This document shows positions 32,154 to 41,228 of a stretch of 64,000 bases of DNA, piece by piece. The first letter of the stretch is position 1; each line of letters begins with the position of its first letter. The notes under the pieces are model-generated. The model saw only the letters and a list, made by a program, of their open reading frames with translations. It was not told the origin of the DNA and made no database searches. Origin of the DNA: Gammaproteobacteria bacterium. GTDB taxonomy: Bacteria; Pseudomonadota; Gammaproteobacteria; CBDBNL01; JAAOII01. The translations under genes and the position numbers were made by a program. The stretch is taken from NCBI GenBank assembly GCA_965209035.1, contig OZ242372.1, positions 768,001 through 832,000 on the forward strand. The letters run 5' to 3'.

Positions 32154-34112
32154 TCATCTGTATCTGTAATTGATATCACGCATGGAGTGGTGCAAAGAGA
32201 CCGTCTCTACTTTACCCAAGCGCCATTCAAAAATAACCCAAGAATACAAAACTCTGCGAACATACTTGCGAGTCTCGCCGTAGGGGATGGTCTCAATCCA
32301 TTCAATCGCGGGCTTGGAACCCCGTTCCGGTAGCCAAGACTTCACAGCCGTAGGACCCGCATTGTAAGAGGCTATGGTCAGAACCAGATGGCCTTGATAT
32401 GTATCAAAAAGTTGGCGCAGATACAGACCGCCAATATCTAAAGAAACCTTGGGGTTTATCAAGCGCAGAGGCTGCGCATAATTATAGCGACGCTTAACCT
32501 CTCTGGCTGTTGAGGGCAGGACCTGCAGCAATCCTACGGCACCCGCCCTGGAACGCACTTCCGGACGATAAGAACTTTCCGTCCGCATAATGGCGTATAA
32601 CAAAGCGGGGTTTAAGTTATTGGCACGAGCCGTATTTTTTACCAACGAAGAATACGGCAAAGGATAACGCCGCTGTAAGTCATCCCAATATTCCGCTTCG
32701 CTAAAGGCCCTTATGGCAAGATAATAATTATGTTGCTCATGGGCAAATCCCGCCAGTGCCAAGATTTGATTCTTTGATGCATGATCCAGCATGTTACTCC
32801 ATTCTTTGTAAGCGTTGCCTCGCTGCCCCAGATAAACAAACTCCATAAAACGCAAAAACGGACGGGATTGCATAATACTCACTCCGATTTGCGTATTGGC
32901 CGGCCTATGTTCAATCTTTTTGTTTTTACCGCGTATCTCCGCTGCCAAAAATCCGTAAAAATCGCGACTATCCGACGCCGACTCATAGTACATCGCCGCC
33001 TCCTGTTGTTTACCGAGTTTACTCAACGCATAGCCCTTCCAAAAAAGCCACGCGGATTCTTGTGCCAAGTCCGGCGGAAAAGAATCCATGATTTTTAGCA
33101 AGTTTTTCCAATCAGAAAACTTAATTGCACTGCGGACACGCCATTCGTGTTGTTTGTCATCCAACAAAAACTGCGGCTCAAGAGAAAGCATGGCTGCCAG
33201 CCCTTCGCTCTCACCGTTCAAAGTTAAATGCAATCCAAGGTAATAGCGGATCTGTGTGTGCTGTAAAGGGCTCAGTTTACATTTTCGGGCATATGTTTTA
33301 TAATCCTTATAGCCTTCGACGACATGCGCATCCGGATAGTGAGTCAGCGCATAGGTAATCAGATCGCAATGATGCGGCAAGTTTTTCAACAAAGAAGCGT
33401 ATCGTTTAATCTGCCGCGTATTGTGCCGAATTTTGAGTAAAATATCCAAAGTCGCTTTTTGTGAATCACTTAAATAATGCCGCAAAGATCTTGCCAATCC
33501 CCATTTTCTGTTTTCCAACGCCAATACCACCCGTTGCCAAACCAAGGTTGGGTCCGAATAAAAATCAAACCCGTTCTCACGCAAGATTTTCACACATCTG
33601 CCATCCAATTCCTTACCGCTATTCCAAATTTGCAACGCCCGTTTCCGCAGTTCCTCCCGATCACTTTGCTTTAATTTTGCCACAGAAGCGAAATGCAAAC
33701 AAGGCATAAAAGCAGGATCCGTCCGAGACAACACTTCTTGCCAATTTTCCAGGCGGTGCAATTCTTCCGCCAGCATCCTTCGCACCTTCGCCAAATAGGG
33801 AAAATAAGGATAACTTTCAATAAAAGAGCGAAGTTTTGGTGCGGAACGACGCACCGCATCCTCTTTCAAAATTTCTTCGTATTCCAAATAAGCAAATAAC
33901 GGATAATGGCGCAGTTGCTGCTTGTGATTCAAATATTGTCGCCACTGCTTTTTACGCAAATGATCCCGGGTTTCTTTGTAGATACGGCGTTCTTTTTCAA
34001 AATCCTTCTCTGCCGCCATTACCTTCTCGGTCGCCATTAAGTGTCCGATGAACAAAAAAAATAGCGTAAGGAAAATAAAGATACACCGCAGGGGGGTTTG
34101 TTTAAATAGCAT
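32154..34112 (-). CDS. slt: Soluble lytic murein transglycosylase (Slt70-like)
   Basis: AIMRTES, GAVGLLQVLPSTA, ASYNAGP, IPYGETRKYV; N-terminal hydrophobic signal. Start at 34112 or 34169. Confidence 0.9.
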   Translation of the reverse strand: MLFKQTPLRCIFIFLTLFFLFIGHLMATEKVMAAEKDFEKERRIYKETRDHLRKKQWRQYLNHKQQLRHYPLFAYLEYEEILKEDAVRRSAPKLRSFIESYPYFPYLAKVRRMLAEELHRLENWQEVLSRTDPAFMPCLHFASVAKLKQSDREELRKRALQIWNSGKELDGRCVKILRENGFDFYSDPTLVWQRVVLALENRKWGLARSLRHYLSDSQKATLDILLKIRHNTRQIKRYASLLKNLPHHCDLITYALTHYPDAHVVEGYKDYKTYARKCKLSPLQHTQIRYYLGLHLTLNGESEGLAAMLSLEPQFLLDDKQHEWRVRSAIKFSDWKNLLKIMDSFPPDLAQESAWLFWKGYALSKLGKQQEAAMYYESASDSRDFYGFLAAEIRGKNKKIEHRPANTQIGVSIMQSRPFLRFMEFVYLGQRGNAYKEWSNMLDHASKNQILALAGFAHEQHNYYLAIRAFSEAEYWDDLQRRYPLPYSSLVKNTARANNLNPALLYAIMRTESSYRPEVRSRAGAVGLLQVLPSTAREVKRRYNYAQPLRLINPKVSLDIGGLYLRQLFDTYQGHLVLTIASYNAGPTAVKSWLPERGSKPAIEWIETIPYGETRKYVRRVLYSWVIFEWRLGKVETVSLHHSMRDINYRYR

Positions 34113-34134
34113 AACAAGTAACAGAATATTTTTA

Positions 34135-34346
34135 TTATACCGACCAAACCCCGACACAGAGCAAGTCATCTGTGCCCGTCTATAAAATAATATTTCTTCT
34201 GTGTTTGTTTAATGAACGATATGCAATACGAGATACAATAAAAGTACAATACATTATTAACCTTGAAGGACTATAAAAAAATTAAAATCTGTCTCTTTTT
34301 CCGTTTGGTTATTGGTTAAGTGTGTTCCCGCGAACCGCCCAATCAT
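34135..34346 (+). repeat. Left copy of a 212-bp direct repeat (IS1634 target duplication)
   Basis: TTATACCGACC...CGCCCAATCAT; appears identical by eye to 36333..36544. Confidence 0.95.
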
Positions 34347-36332
34347 CTTGACTTCGGAAAGAAATTATTATATTTTTAAAAAACCTTGTATTTTCAAGGT
34401 TTTTTTAGGATCTTTAATAGTGTATAATTAAAAGCATAATATGTATATTCGCGAATTCACTCGAAAAAACGGGCAGGTTCTGTCCGTGGTTTTTTCTTTT
34501 TATCGGTCCAAGCACAAGCAGCCGAACAATATGACTCTGTATACCAGCCAACCGGTGGAAGCCGACAGTGCGGAATATGCGGTGGTGCGGGCCGAGATGG
34601 AGCAACGCTGCCGCCGCTTGGAGAAGGAATTAAGACAAAGCACCTCACTGAATGCGTTTTTAACAAAACATCAAAAGGTGGTGGGCTGTGGTCGTGGCCA
34701 TGCTATCCGGCGCAACGACCGGGTGGATGACGATGGACCGGGGGCACTTTCGGCCTTAAGAACTTTAGGTGCGCGCAGTTACGGTCTGCCCTATGTCATG
34801 GAGAAATTATTTGCGTCCATGGGCTTGGATACGTTGGTGGCACCGCGGCGCCAACGGCTGAATGCCTGTTTGCGGGTGCTCAGTTGGGGGCGGCTGACGG
34901 CCGAGCGGATTAGTAAACGGCAATTGTCGCAGCTGTTGGAAGAAGAATATGGGATCCACTGGTCTGAGGACAGCATGTACAAAGCGATGGATCATTTGGA
35001 TGATGCCGAGATTGAGCGCATTCAGATGCGGGTGGCACGTTCCAATTTGGCATTACTTAACCAAAAGACGGTGCAGCTGTTGCTGTATGACACGACGACC
35101 TTTTATTTTGAATCGGTGCAGGCGGATGACTTCCGCTGCAGAGGTTGGTCCAAAGACGGCAAAGCCCATCGGACGCAGGTGGTCTTTGGGATGTGGATGA
35201 CGCCTTGTGGCTTGCCGTTGGGCTACAAACTATTTACCGGTAAGACCGCGGATGTGTCGACCTTGTTGCCGGCTTTGGACGAGATGCAGCGGCGGCTGGG
35301 GGCCCAAAAGACGGTGGTGATTGCTGACAACGGCCTCCTCAGTGAAGACAACTTGGCGGCGATTACGGCGGCCGGGCATGCGTTTGTCATGGCCTGTTCG
35401 CCACGCAAGTTACCCAAAGAGATCCGCACGGCGGTCTACAACTATGATTTTGAAGGCGGGGCCCGCATCTTTGAGATCGGCTTGCTACCACCCGCGCGCA
35501 CCCAACTTGCCGACAACGACCGCCCTCTGGTGGCACGCAATTATTATGCCAACTTCTCCTCCAAGCGCGCCCGCCGCGATCTCCATCAGCTGCATCTGGC
35601 CTTGAAGCGGGCCAAAAACAGTACCGGCCGCAACCACCAAGCTCTGCGGGGGATTGCCTGTCCCGATATCCGTAAGTTCTTATCCAACAACGGCATCACC
35701 ACACTGAACCCCACAGCCATCAACCGGGCGATGCAAGAAATCGGTCTCTATGGCGTGCAGGCCTCGCCCAATATTGACTACCAAACCGCCTACACTTACT
35801 ACAAACAACTGTATGCCATTGAACACGGCTTCCGGGATCTTAAAAGTGATCTGCAAATCCGCCCGACCTTCCATTGGAAACCCGAGCGCATCCGCGCCCA
35901 TTTCGCCCTCTGCTATCTGGCGTTTGCCGCCATCCGCCGCTTGCGGTATGTCCTCCGCCAACAAAAGCCCGCACCCACCACCGTGTGGACCACCGAAATG
36001 CTGCCGTTCACCGATCTAGATGCCCGACCGCAGCCGCCGCAAAAAAACAAGACCGAGGAAATCGTCACCACCAAGAAGATCCTCAAAGAACTGCGCAACT
36101 TCAAAGCAACTATCCAACGCAATCCCGTTGGCAACTATTACAGCAGCCCACACCAACTCACCCCGGGACAGCAACGCATTTTACAAGCCGTTCAACTAAA
36201 ACCCAAACAACCTGCTCTGTTGGATCACAAACACTAAGCGCAAGAAGCAAAGTCGCAAGGGCTCATAGTGTATAAAAACGGCCCGCAAACCCTTATAAAA
36301 ACAGGGTTTTTTAAGAAGTTTCCGAAGTCAAG
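34347..36332 (+). mobile_element. IS1634-family insertion sequence (1986 bp)
   Basis: Perfect 14-bp terminal IRs CTTGACTTCGGAAA (34347-34360) and TTTCCGAAGTCAAG (36319-36332); subterminal hairpins at both ends; one transposase ORF; flanking direct repeats. Confidence 0.93.
34441..36237 (+). CDS. IS1634-family DDE transposase
   Basis: LLYDTTTFYFE, GWSKDGK, VIADNG, IEHGFRDLK..L.IRPTFHW..ERIRAHF..CYLA. Confidence 0.92.
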   Translation: MYIREFTRKNGQVLSVVFSFYRSKHKQPNNMTLYTSQPVEADSAEYAVVRAEMEQRCRRLEKELRQSTSLNAFLTKHQKVVGCGRGHAIRRNDRVDDDGPGALSALRTLGARSYGLPYVMEKLFASMGLDTLVAPRRQRLNACLRVLSWGRLTAERISKRQLSQLLEEEYGIHWSEDSMYKAMDHLDDAEIERIQMRVARSNLALLNQKTVQLLLYDTTTFYFESVQADDFRCRGWSKDGKAHRTQVVFGMWMTPCGLPLGYKLFTGKTADVSTLLPALDEMQRRLGAQKTVVIADNGLLSEDNLAAITAAGHAFVMACSPRKLPKEIRTAVYNYDFEGGARIFEIGLLPPARTQLADNDRPLVARNYYANFSSKRARRDLHQLHLALKRAKNSTGRNHQALRGIACPDIRKFLSNNGITTLNPTAINRAMQEIGLYGVQASPNIDYQTAYTYYKQLYAIEHGFRDLKSDLQIRPTFHWKPERIRAHFALCYLAFAAIRRLRYVLRQQKPAPTTVWTTEMLPFTDLDARPQPPQKNKTEEIVTTKKILKELRNFKATIQRNPVGNYYSSPHQLTPGQQRILQAVQLKPKQPALLDHKH

Positions 36333-36544
36333 TTATACCGACCAAACCCCGACACAGAGCAAGTCATCTGTGCCCGTCTATAAAATAATATTTCTTCTGT
36401 GTTTGTTTAATGAACGATATGCAATACGAGATACAATAAAAGTACAATACATTATTAACCTTGAAGGACTATAAAAAAATTAAAATCTGTCTCTTTTTCC
36501 GTTTGGTTATTGGTTAAGTGTGTTCCCGCGAACCGCCCAATCAT
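36333..36544 (+). repeat. Right copy of the 212-bp direct repeat
   Basis: Starts on the base after the right IR and matches 34135..34346. Confidence 0.95.
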
Positions 36545-36612
36545 TACATCTGCCGTTTTGAGATTTTGTCGCTATCTTCTGTCCGGGGTCTTGCCACCTG
36601 TCTTTTTATTCA

Positions 36613-37890
36613 ATGCAAATAAAACCGCAAATGAAACCGTTGATCCTAATAGATAAAAACCTTGCCGAAGCCGGCGGCAGGGATCTTTTTTCACCTCACG
36701 GGGCTACAATGGAGGCGGTGGAAGCGATGGAAACGGTAGAAACGGTGGAAACCGCCGATTTCCCGCCGCATCTTCTTGCCAAAGCCGACGCTCTCATCAT
36801 CCGCACCCAAACAAAGATTGATGCCGCATTGTTAAGGCACGCACCTCGCCTGTCATTTGTTGGCTCGGCCAGTGCCGGCTTCGATCATGTTAATATCCCC
36901 GCCCTGCGCGCACGCTCGGTTCGGTTCGCCTATGCTCCCGGCAGCAACGCCTTTGCCGTAGTTGACTATGTTCTATCCGCACTTGCGGCGACCGACAAAC
37001 TTGCCGAACTGTTACAGGGTCGTCTTTCTCTGGGAGTGATCGGCTTCGGGCACATCGGCCGTCACCTTGTCGTCCGGCTCCGCTCTCTGGCGGATATTTT
37101 GCAATGGCACCCGCGTATTCTCGTTTATGATCCGATCTTAAAACCGGCAGAAGCAAAAAAATATCGGACAACATTCGGCATAGAACTCGCTCCGCTCAAC
37201 CGGATACTTTCCGCCGATTGTATCTCTCTGCATTGCTCGCTGACACGCGACCATCTTGGCAGTGCGGGGATGATCGACACGGACATTCTCCGTTCTCTAA
37301 AAAAACATCAGATGCTCATCAACACTGCCAGAGGATCCGTTCTGGCGGACAGTATCGGGATAACCGCCGATAGCGATGCCGACAAAAAGCACAAAAAGGA
37401 CAAAAATCACCGGGAACAAACCACAAAAGCGACGCTGATTTTTGATGTATGGCATAAGCAAACCTCGCCGAGTTGGGTCCGTCTGTGCTTTGCGGCAACG
37501 CCGCATATTGCCGGCTATTCCCTTGAAGCCAAACAACGGGCCTTGCGGACTGTTTATGAGGATTTCTGTCAACATTTTCATTTGGCCGCCAAAGAAAAGA
37601 AACAGCCCGCCGACAACCCGCGAGTGCCACCGCCAAGATGCCCCAAACCGCTGACCGACGAAACCGTGATGTCCTATATCAAAAGACTCCTTTTGATAAA
37701 CTACGATATTGTCCGAGACAGCTTAAATGCCAAAAGAGCGGTCAACCGGGACAGCCGGCAACCGCCCGGTAAAACCCTGACCCGCTTAAGAAACATCTAT
37801 ACTTTGCGGCAACGCATTGCTGTTCCGCCCGAACGAAACGGCGACACCTCACCGCACTCGGCTTGTGCAAAAGCCCTGTTTGAATACTGA
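36613..37890 (+). CDS. pdxB: Erythronate-4-phosphate dehydrogenase-like 2-hydroxyacid dehydrogenase (divergent)
   Basis: FVGSASAGFDHV, APGSNA.AV.DYV, GVIGFGHIG, INTARG, TPHIAGYS.E.K.R. Confidence 0.8.
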   Translation: MQIKPQMKPLILIDKNLAEAGGRDLFSPHGATMEAVEAMETVETVETADFPPHLLAKADALIIRTQTKIDAALLRHAPRLSFVGSASAGFDHVNIPALRARSVRFAYAPGSNAFAVVDYVLSALAATDKLAELLQGRLSLGVIGFGHIGRHLVVRLRSLADILQWHPRILVYDPILKPAEAKKYRTTFGIELAPLNRILSADCISLHCSLTRDHLGSAGMIDTDILRSLKKHQMLINTARGSVLADSIGITADSDADKKHKKDKNHREQTTKATLIFDVWHKQTSPSWVRLCFAATPHIAGYSLEAKQRALRTVYEDFCQHFHLAAKEKKQPADNPRVPPPRCPKPLTDETVMSYIKRLLLINYDIVRDSLNAKRAVNRDSRQPPGKTLTRLRNIYTLRQRIAVPPERNGDTSPHSACAKALFEY

Positions 37891-37930
37891 GTCGCATCCC
37901 AAAAAGCATACCCCAAAAAACATAAACATA

Positions 37931-37954
37931 CCCCCCCCCCCCCCCAAAAAAAAA
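37931..37954. repeat. Homopolymer C15 followed by A9
   Basis: Read directly, ~90 bp upstream of rpe. Confidence 0.85.
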
Positions 37955-38042
37955 GCAACCCTATGGCAAGCAACAAGTGATCCGGGATGGATGCCTTATA
38001 CTAAATTAAACTAATGCCTGATATCTCTATAATCAAAAACAG

Positions 38043-38744
38043 ATGACTCGCCAAACAACTCAAAAAGCCGGCAACCGTTGTAATTGCTTAATTGCGCCGT
38101 CTGTTTTAACCGCCGACTTCACAAACCTGGGCGAGCAAATCCGTGCGCTGGAACAAGGAGGAGCGGATTGGTTGCACTTGGATGTGATGGACGGGCACTT
38201 TGTCCCGGAAATCTCTTTTGGCGCATCCCTTGTTGCCGCTATGGACAGGATCACCAATCTGTTTTTGGATGTTCATTTAATGATCATGAGACCGGAAGAC
38301 GCCATCAACAAGATGCTTGAGGCGGGGGCGGACCAAATTACTTTTCATATTGAAGCCACGCAACATCCTCACAAACTACTGGAACAAATCCGCCGGGCAG
38401 GCAAACTGGCCGGCATTGCCCTGAATCCCGGCACCCCGCCGCAGGCGGTGCAAGAGCTGACCGAACTGGCGGACACGCTGGTGGTGATGACCGTCAATCC
38501 CGGCTATGGCGGCCAAAAACTGATTCCAACCCAACTCAACAAGATTGCCCGCCTGCGGGAGCTGTTAGAAAAAACAAAGAATCGGCGGACACGCATTATG
38601 GCGGACGGCGGGGTTAATCAAAAAACCGTGGCGGACTGTGTCCGGGCCGGCGCGGACACCCTGGTGGTCGGCTCGGCAATCCTGGGAACGACCGACTACA
38701 AAAAAGCCATCGACGAGATTCGCTCGCTGACCCAAAGTATCTAA
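38043..38744 (+). CDS. rpe: Ribulose-phosphate 3-epimerase
   Basis: IAPSVL, HLDVMDGHFVP, DVHLM, MTVNPGYGGQ, DGGV. Confidence 0.96.
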   Translation: MTRQTTQKAGNRCNCLIAPSVLTADFTNLGEQIRALEQGGADWLHLDVMDGHFVPEISFGASLVAAMDRITNLFLDVHLMIMRPEDAINKMLEAGADQITFHIEATQHPHKLLEQIRRAGKLAGIALNPGTPPQAVQELTELADTLVVMTVNPGYGGQKLIPTQLNKIARLRELLEKTKNRRTRIMADGGVNQKTVADCVRAGADTLVVGSAILGTTDYKKAIDEIRSLTQSI

Positions 38745-38747
38745 TAA

Positions 38748-38940
38748 CTGCTGCCAATATCTGCCAACTGCTGCCAACCGCCGGCAATCGCTGCCAACCT
38801 CCGCCAGCCCCCGCAGGTCTCGCGAACGGGCGTATCAATCAAAAACAATCCAAAAATAACCCGGAAACAATCCAAACATCATCCGTTGATTGACAACGAT
38901 ATCAACAATGACAACAGTGTCAATGATGTCAATCATGCCA
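38748..38940. repeat. Cluster of degenerate short tandem repeats (10-bp CTGCCAA-type, ~11-bp AAACAATCC-type, 9-bp CAATGAT-type)
   Basis: Periodic motifs visible immediately after the rpe stop. Confidence 0.65.
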
Positions 38941-39211
38941 CCGACGCCGCTTTGCTCTGTCCAAAAAGTTCAATCAGAGACCTGCGGAAGTTTTCGCAAA
39001 AATTTCCGAAGCCACGTTAGAGGTCCGGTTAGAAGCCAAGTGACCGGAAACACAGCCGGCGGGCTTGCCTTGCCGGATCAACCTCGCCCGATTGCAGGGT
39101 TTAACTTGTAGAAAAATCGGGCTTGTCCATACCCGCCGCATCGAGGGATGCCAAAACGATCTGTTTGGCTCGCCGAAGCAGCCAAACGAGATTTCAGTCT
39201 GCTTTAATTAT

Positions 39212-39704
39212 GGGAATTAGATACTTGACAACCCATCCGAAAATAAGGGACGGCTATAATGGGATTATGAGTAAAAAAAGAATAGAAAAAACGATCTCGG
39301 TGTTTGACTTCGTTAGGATGTTTCCAACGGAAGAGAAAGCCCGGGCATTTGTCGAGAAGGAGTTATGGCCGGAAGGAGCACAGTGTCCGCATTGTAATAG
39401 TCGTCGTGTCAGCGAGAAAGTGAGTATTGCGGGTTATCGGTGTAAGGATTGTCGGAAGAATTTTACAGTTCGGATTGGGACAGTCTTTGAAGATTCTCAT
39501 CTGCCACTGAAGACCTGGTTATATGCGATGTATTTGATTCAGCCAAGTCGTAAAAGTATCTCGTCGTTACAATTATCCAAAGAGCTGGGCGTGACCCAGA
39601 AGACGGCTTGGTTTTTAGGTCATCGCATCCGGGCGGCGAGTCACCAAAGCCATCGTTTATTAAGCGGTCTGGTTGAGATGGATGAATCCTGTGAAATCAA
39701 GTAA
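39212..39704 (+). mobile_element. Truncated IS1595-family element (left end plus N-terminal transposase fragment)
   Basis: End sequence GGGAATTAGATAC resembles the MITE IR. ORF from ATG 39267 has F.TEE.A, WP.G.CPHC...YRCKDC..F.V..GTVFE.SHLPL..W, ISSLQL..ELGVTQKTAW and LSG.VEMDE, and stops just after the first catalytic Asp. Confidence 0.88.
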
Positions 39705-39717
39705 TTAGTGCAACACC

Positions 39718-39763
39718 GTGAAATGTTTCCTTGAATTTTGTAAAATTCAAGGAAACATTTCAC
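39718..39763. repeat. Palindrome with perfect 22-bp arms and a 2-nt spacer
   Basis: GTGAAATGTTTCCTTGAATTTT-GT-AAAATTCAAGGAAACATTTCAC. Confidence 0.9.
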
Positions 39764-39767
39764 AAAA

Positions 39768-40206
39768 ATACCGGTTCTGTTCCGTGCCATCGAACGTAAA
39801 CTTCCCAGCCCGTCTATTAACCCCAATTCCAACGCTCGCTCGCCGTTATAGATGTAGCCGGAAAAAATATCCGGGTCATCGCTGAGCCTATCACCCCGCC
39901 CTCGCTTGACATCCGCGACAAAGTTGTCATAAAGTGCATCCGGCACCTGTTGCCGGAAAGCTTCTTGGTCGAGTTTTACCGGCGCAAAGGGATCCAAAAA
40001 TGCTTTATTTTCACCTCTGGTGTAGAATCTTCTCTCCAACCCGAGTTTTTCAACCGCCTCTTCAAGCCCGAACCCGCCGGAAATGATGCCGATAGAACCA
40101 ATCAGACTGCTGTCATCCGCATAAATCTCATCCGTGGCGGATGCGATATGATAAGCGGCCGATGCCGCCAACTCATCAACCACCGCATAAACCTTCTTCG
40201 CCGGAT
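39768..40206 (-). pseudogene. Partial duplicate of the sppA 3' half
   Basis: ~440 bp closely matching 42131..42569 with scattered substitutions; lacks both the N-terminus and the last ~40 codons. Confidence 0.9.
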
Positions 40207-40313
40207 GTTCATACAAAAAACATTGCAAAAAACATTAAAGACCTGTTACTTTTTAATATGTGGTTTAAGTTTTACCACTGCAAAACCAAAAGACTTTTTA
40301 ATCCTTTACCGGA

Positions 40314-41228
40314 TTAGGAATCAGCCAATTCTTTGGCGGAAGTATTGAGGGCCGGGGAATCAAAAAGTGTCCCTTCAATAAAAGAACTTTTTGACTTCTT
40401 TGACTCTTCCGGATCCATTTTGATGTTTTTAAAACCGGGCTTCGTATTTGTTTGCATATGACGAATTCGCATTCTTGCCAACCGACAATATTTCTCACTG
40501 ATATCCATCCCAATATATTGCCTATCCAATAAAGAAGCCATTATTGCGGTAGAACCACTGCCTACCATAGGGTCCAACACCAGATCATTTTTATTGGTAA
40601 ATACGCTGATAAAATCATAAGGAATTTTGTCGGGATAAACGGCCGGGTGTTGGCGTTTAAGATGCACCTTGTCGCCGCCGTTACTATAATCCCATATGGT
40701 CCCGGGGCACTTGGTCGCATTAATTTTAATGCGACGTGAATTGACAGTCAGTCCGTCTTTGTTGCGATTAGCCCCCCCGTTCATCGTTTTTCCCGCATGT
40801 TTGCACGGCACTTTAACCGGTTCTTTATTAAAGGCTTTGGGTTTTTTACCCTTCAAAAAAATTGGCATATACTCATGGTCCACTCTGAATCGTTTGGACC
40901 ACCAGGCACCGTCTTTACTTTGCTTCTTATAAATGTTGCATTCAAAAAGACTAAAACCAATGTTTTCACACCAATCAACAATTGTTTTGAAGGAAGTGAG
41001 ACTCTTATGCCCATTAATAGTTTGATCTTGAATCACCATAACAACCATACCGCCATCCTTTGTTGTCCTATATAGTTCCAGACCCAGAGTATGCAGATCC
41101 AGTTGATAGCCGTTGTAATCCCGCAAGCCGTCATAAGGCGGAGAAAATACTGTCAGGTCAAAAAAATTCTCGTCAAACGCCGATAACAGAGTGAGGCAAT
41201 CACCTTGAAGTATTTTATTGGGTTTCAT
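40314..41228 (-). CDS. Site-specific DNA methyltransferase, beta class (SPPY, probably N4-cytosine)
   Basis: ILQGDCL, FSPPY (motif IV) before HPAVYP and VLDPMVGSGST (motif I); AT-rich relative to the flanks. Confidence 0.9.
   Translation of the reverse strand: MKPNKILQGDCLTLLSAFDENFFDLTVFSPPYDGLRDYNGYQLDLHTLGLELYRTTKDGGMVVMVIQDQTINGHKSLTSFKTIVDWCENIGFSLFECNIYKKQSKDGAWWSKRFRVDHEYMPIFLKGKKPKAFNKEPVKVPCKHAGKTMNGGANRNKDGLTVNSRRIKINATKCPGTIWDYSNGGDKVHLKRQHPAVYPDKIPYDFISVFTNKNDLVLDPMVGSGSTAIMASLLDRQYIGMDISEKYCRLARMRIRHMQTNTKPGFKNIKMDPEESKKSKSSFIEGTLFDSPALNTSAKELADS

Noticed and set aside
39163-39187. Hairpin GTTTGGCT...AGCCAAAC as a terminator or ncRNA
   Set aside because: A single 8-bp stem with no U-tract and no clear transcript context; insufficient support.
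39225-39260. Sigma70 promoter TTGACA...TATAAT in the IS1595 end
   Set aside because: The spacing is 24 bp, far from the 16-18 bp needed.
39641-40228. 195-aa ORF as a functional second SppA
   Set aside because: It lacks the membrane anchor and the SPGGS region, and both ends are read-through into unrelated sequence. Treated as a fragment.
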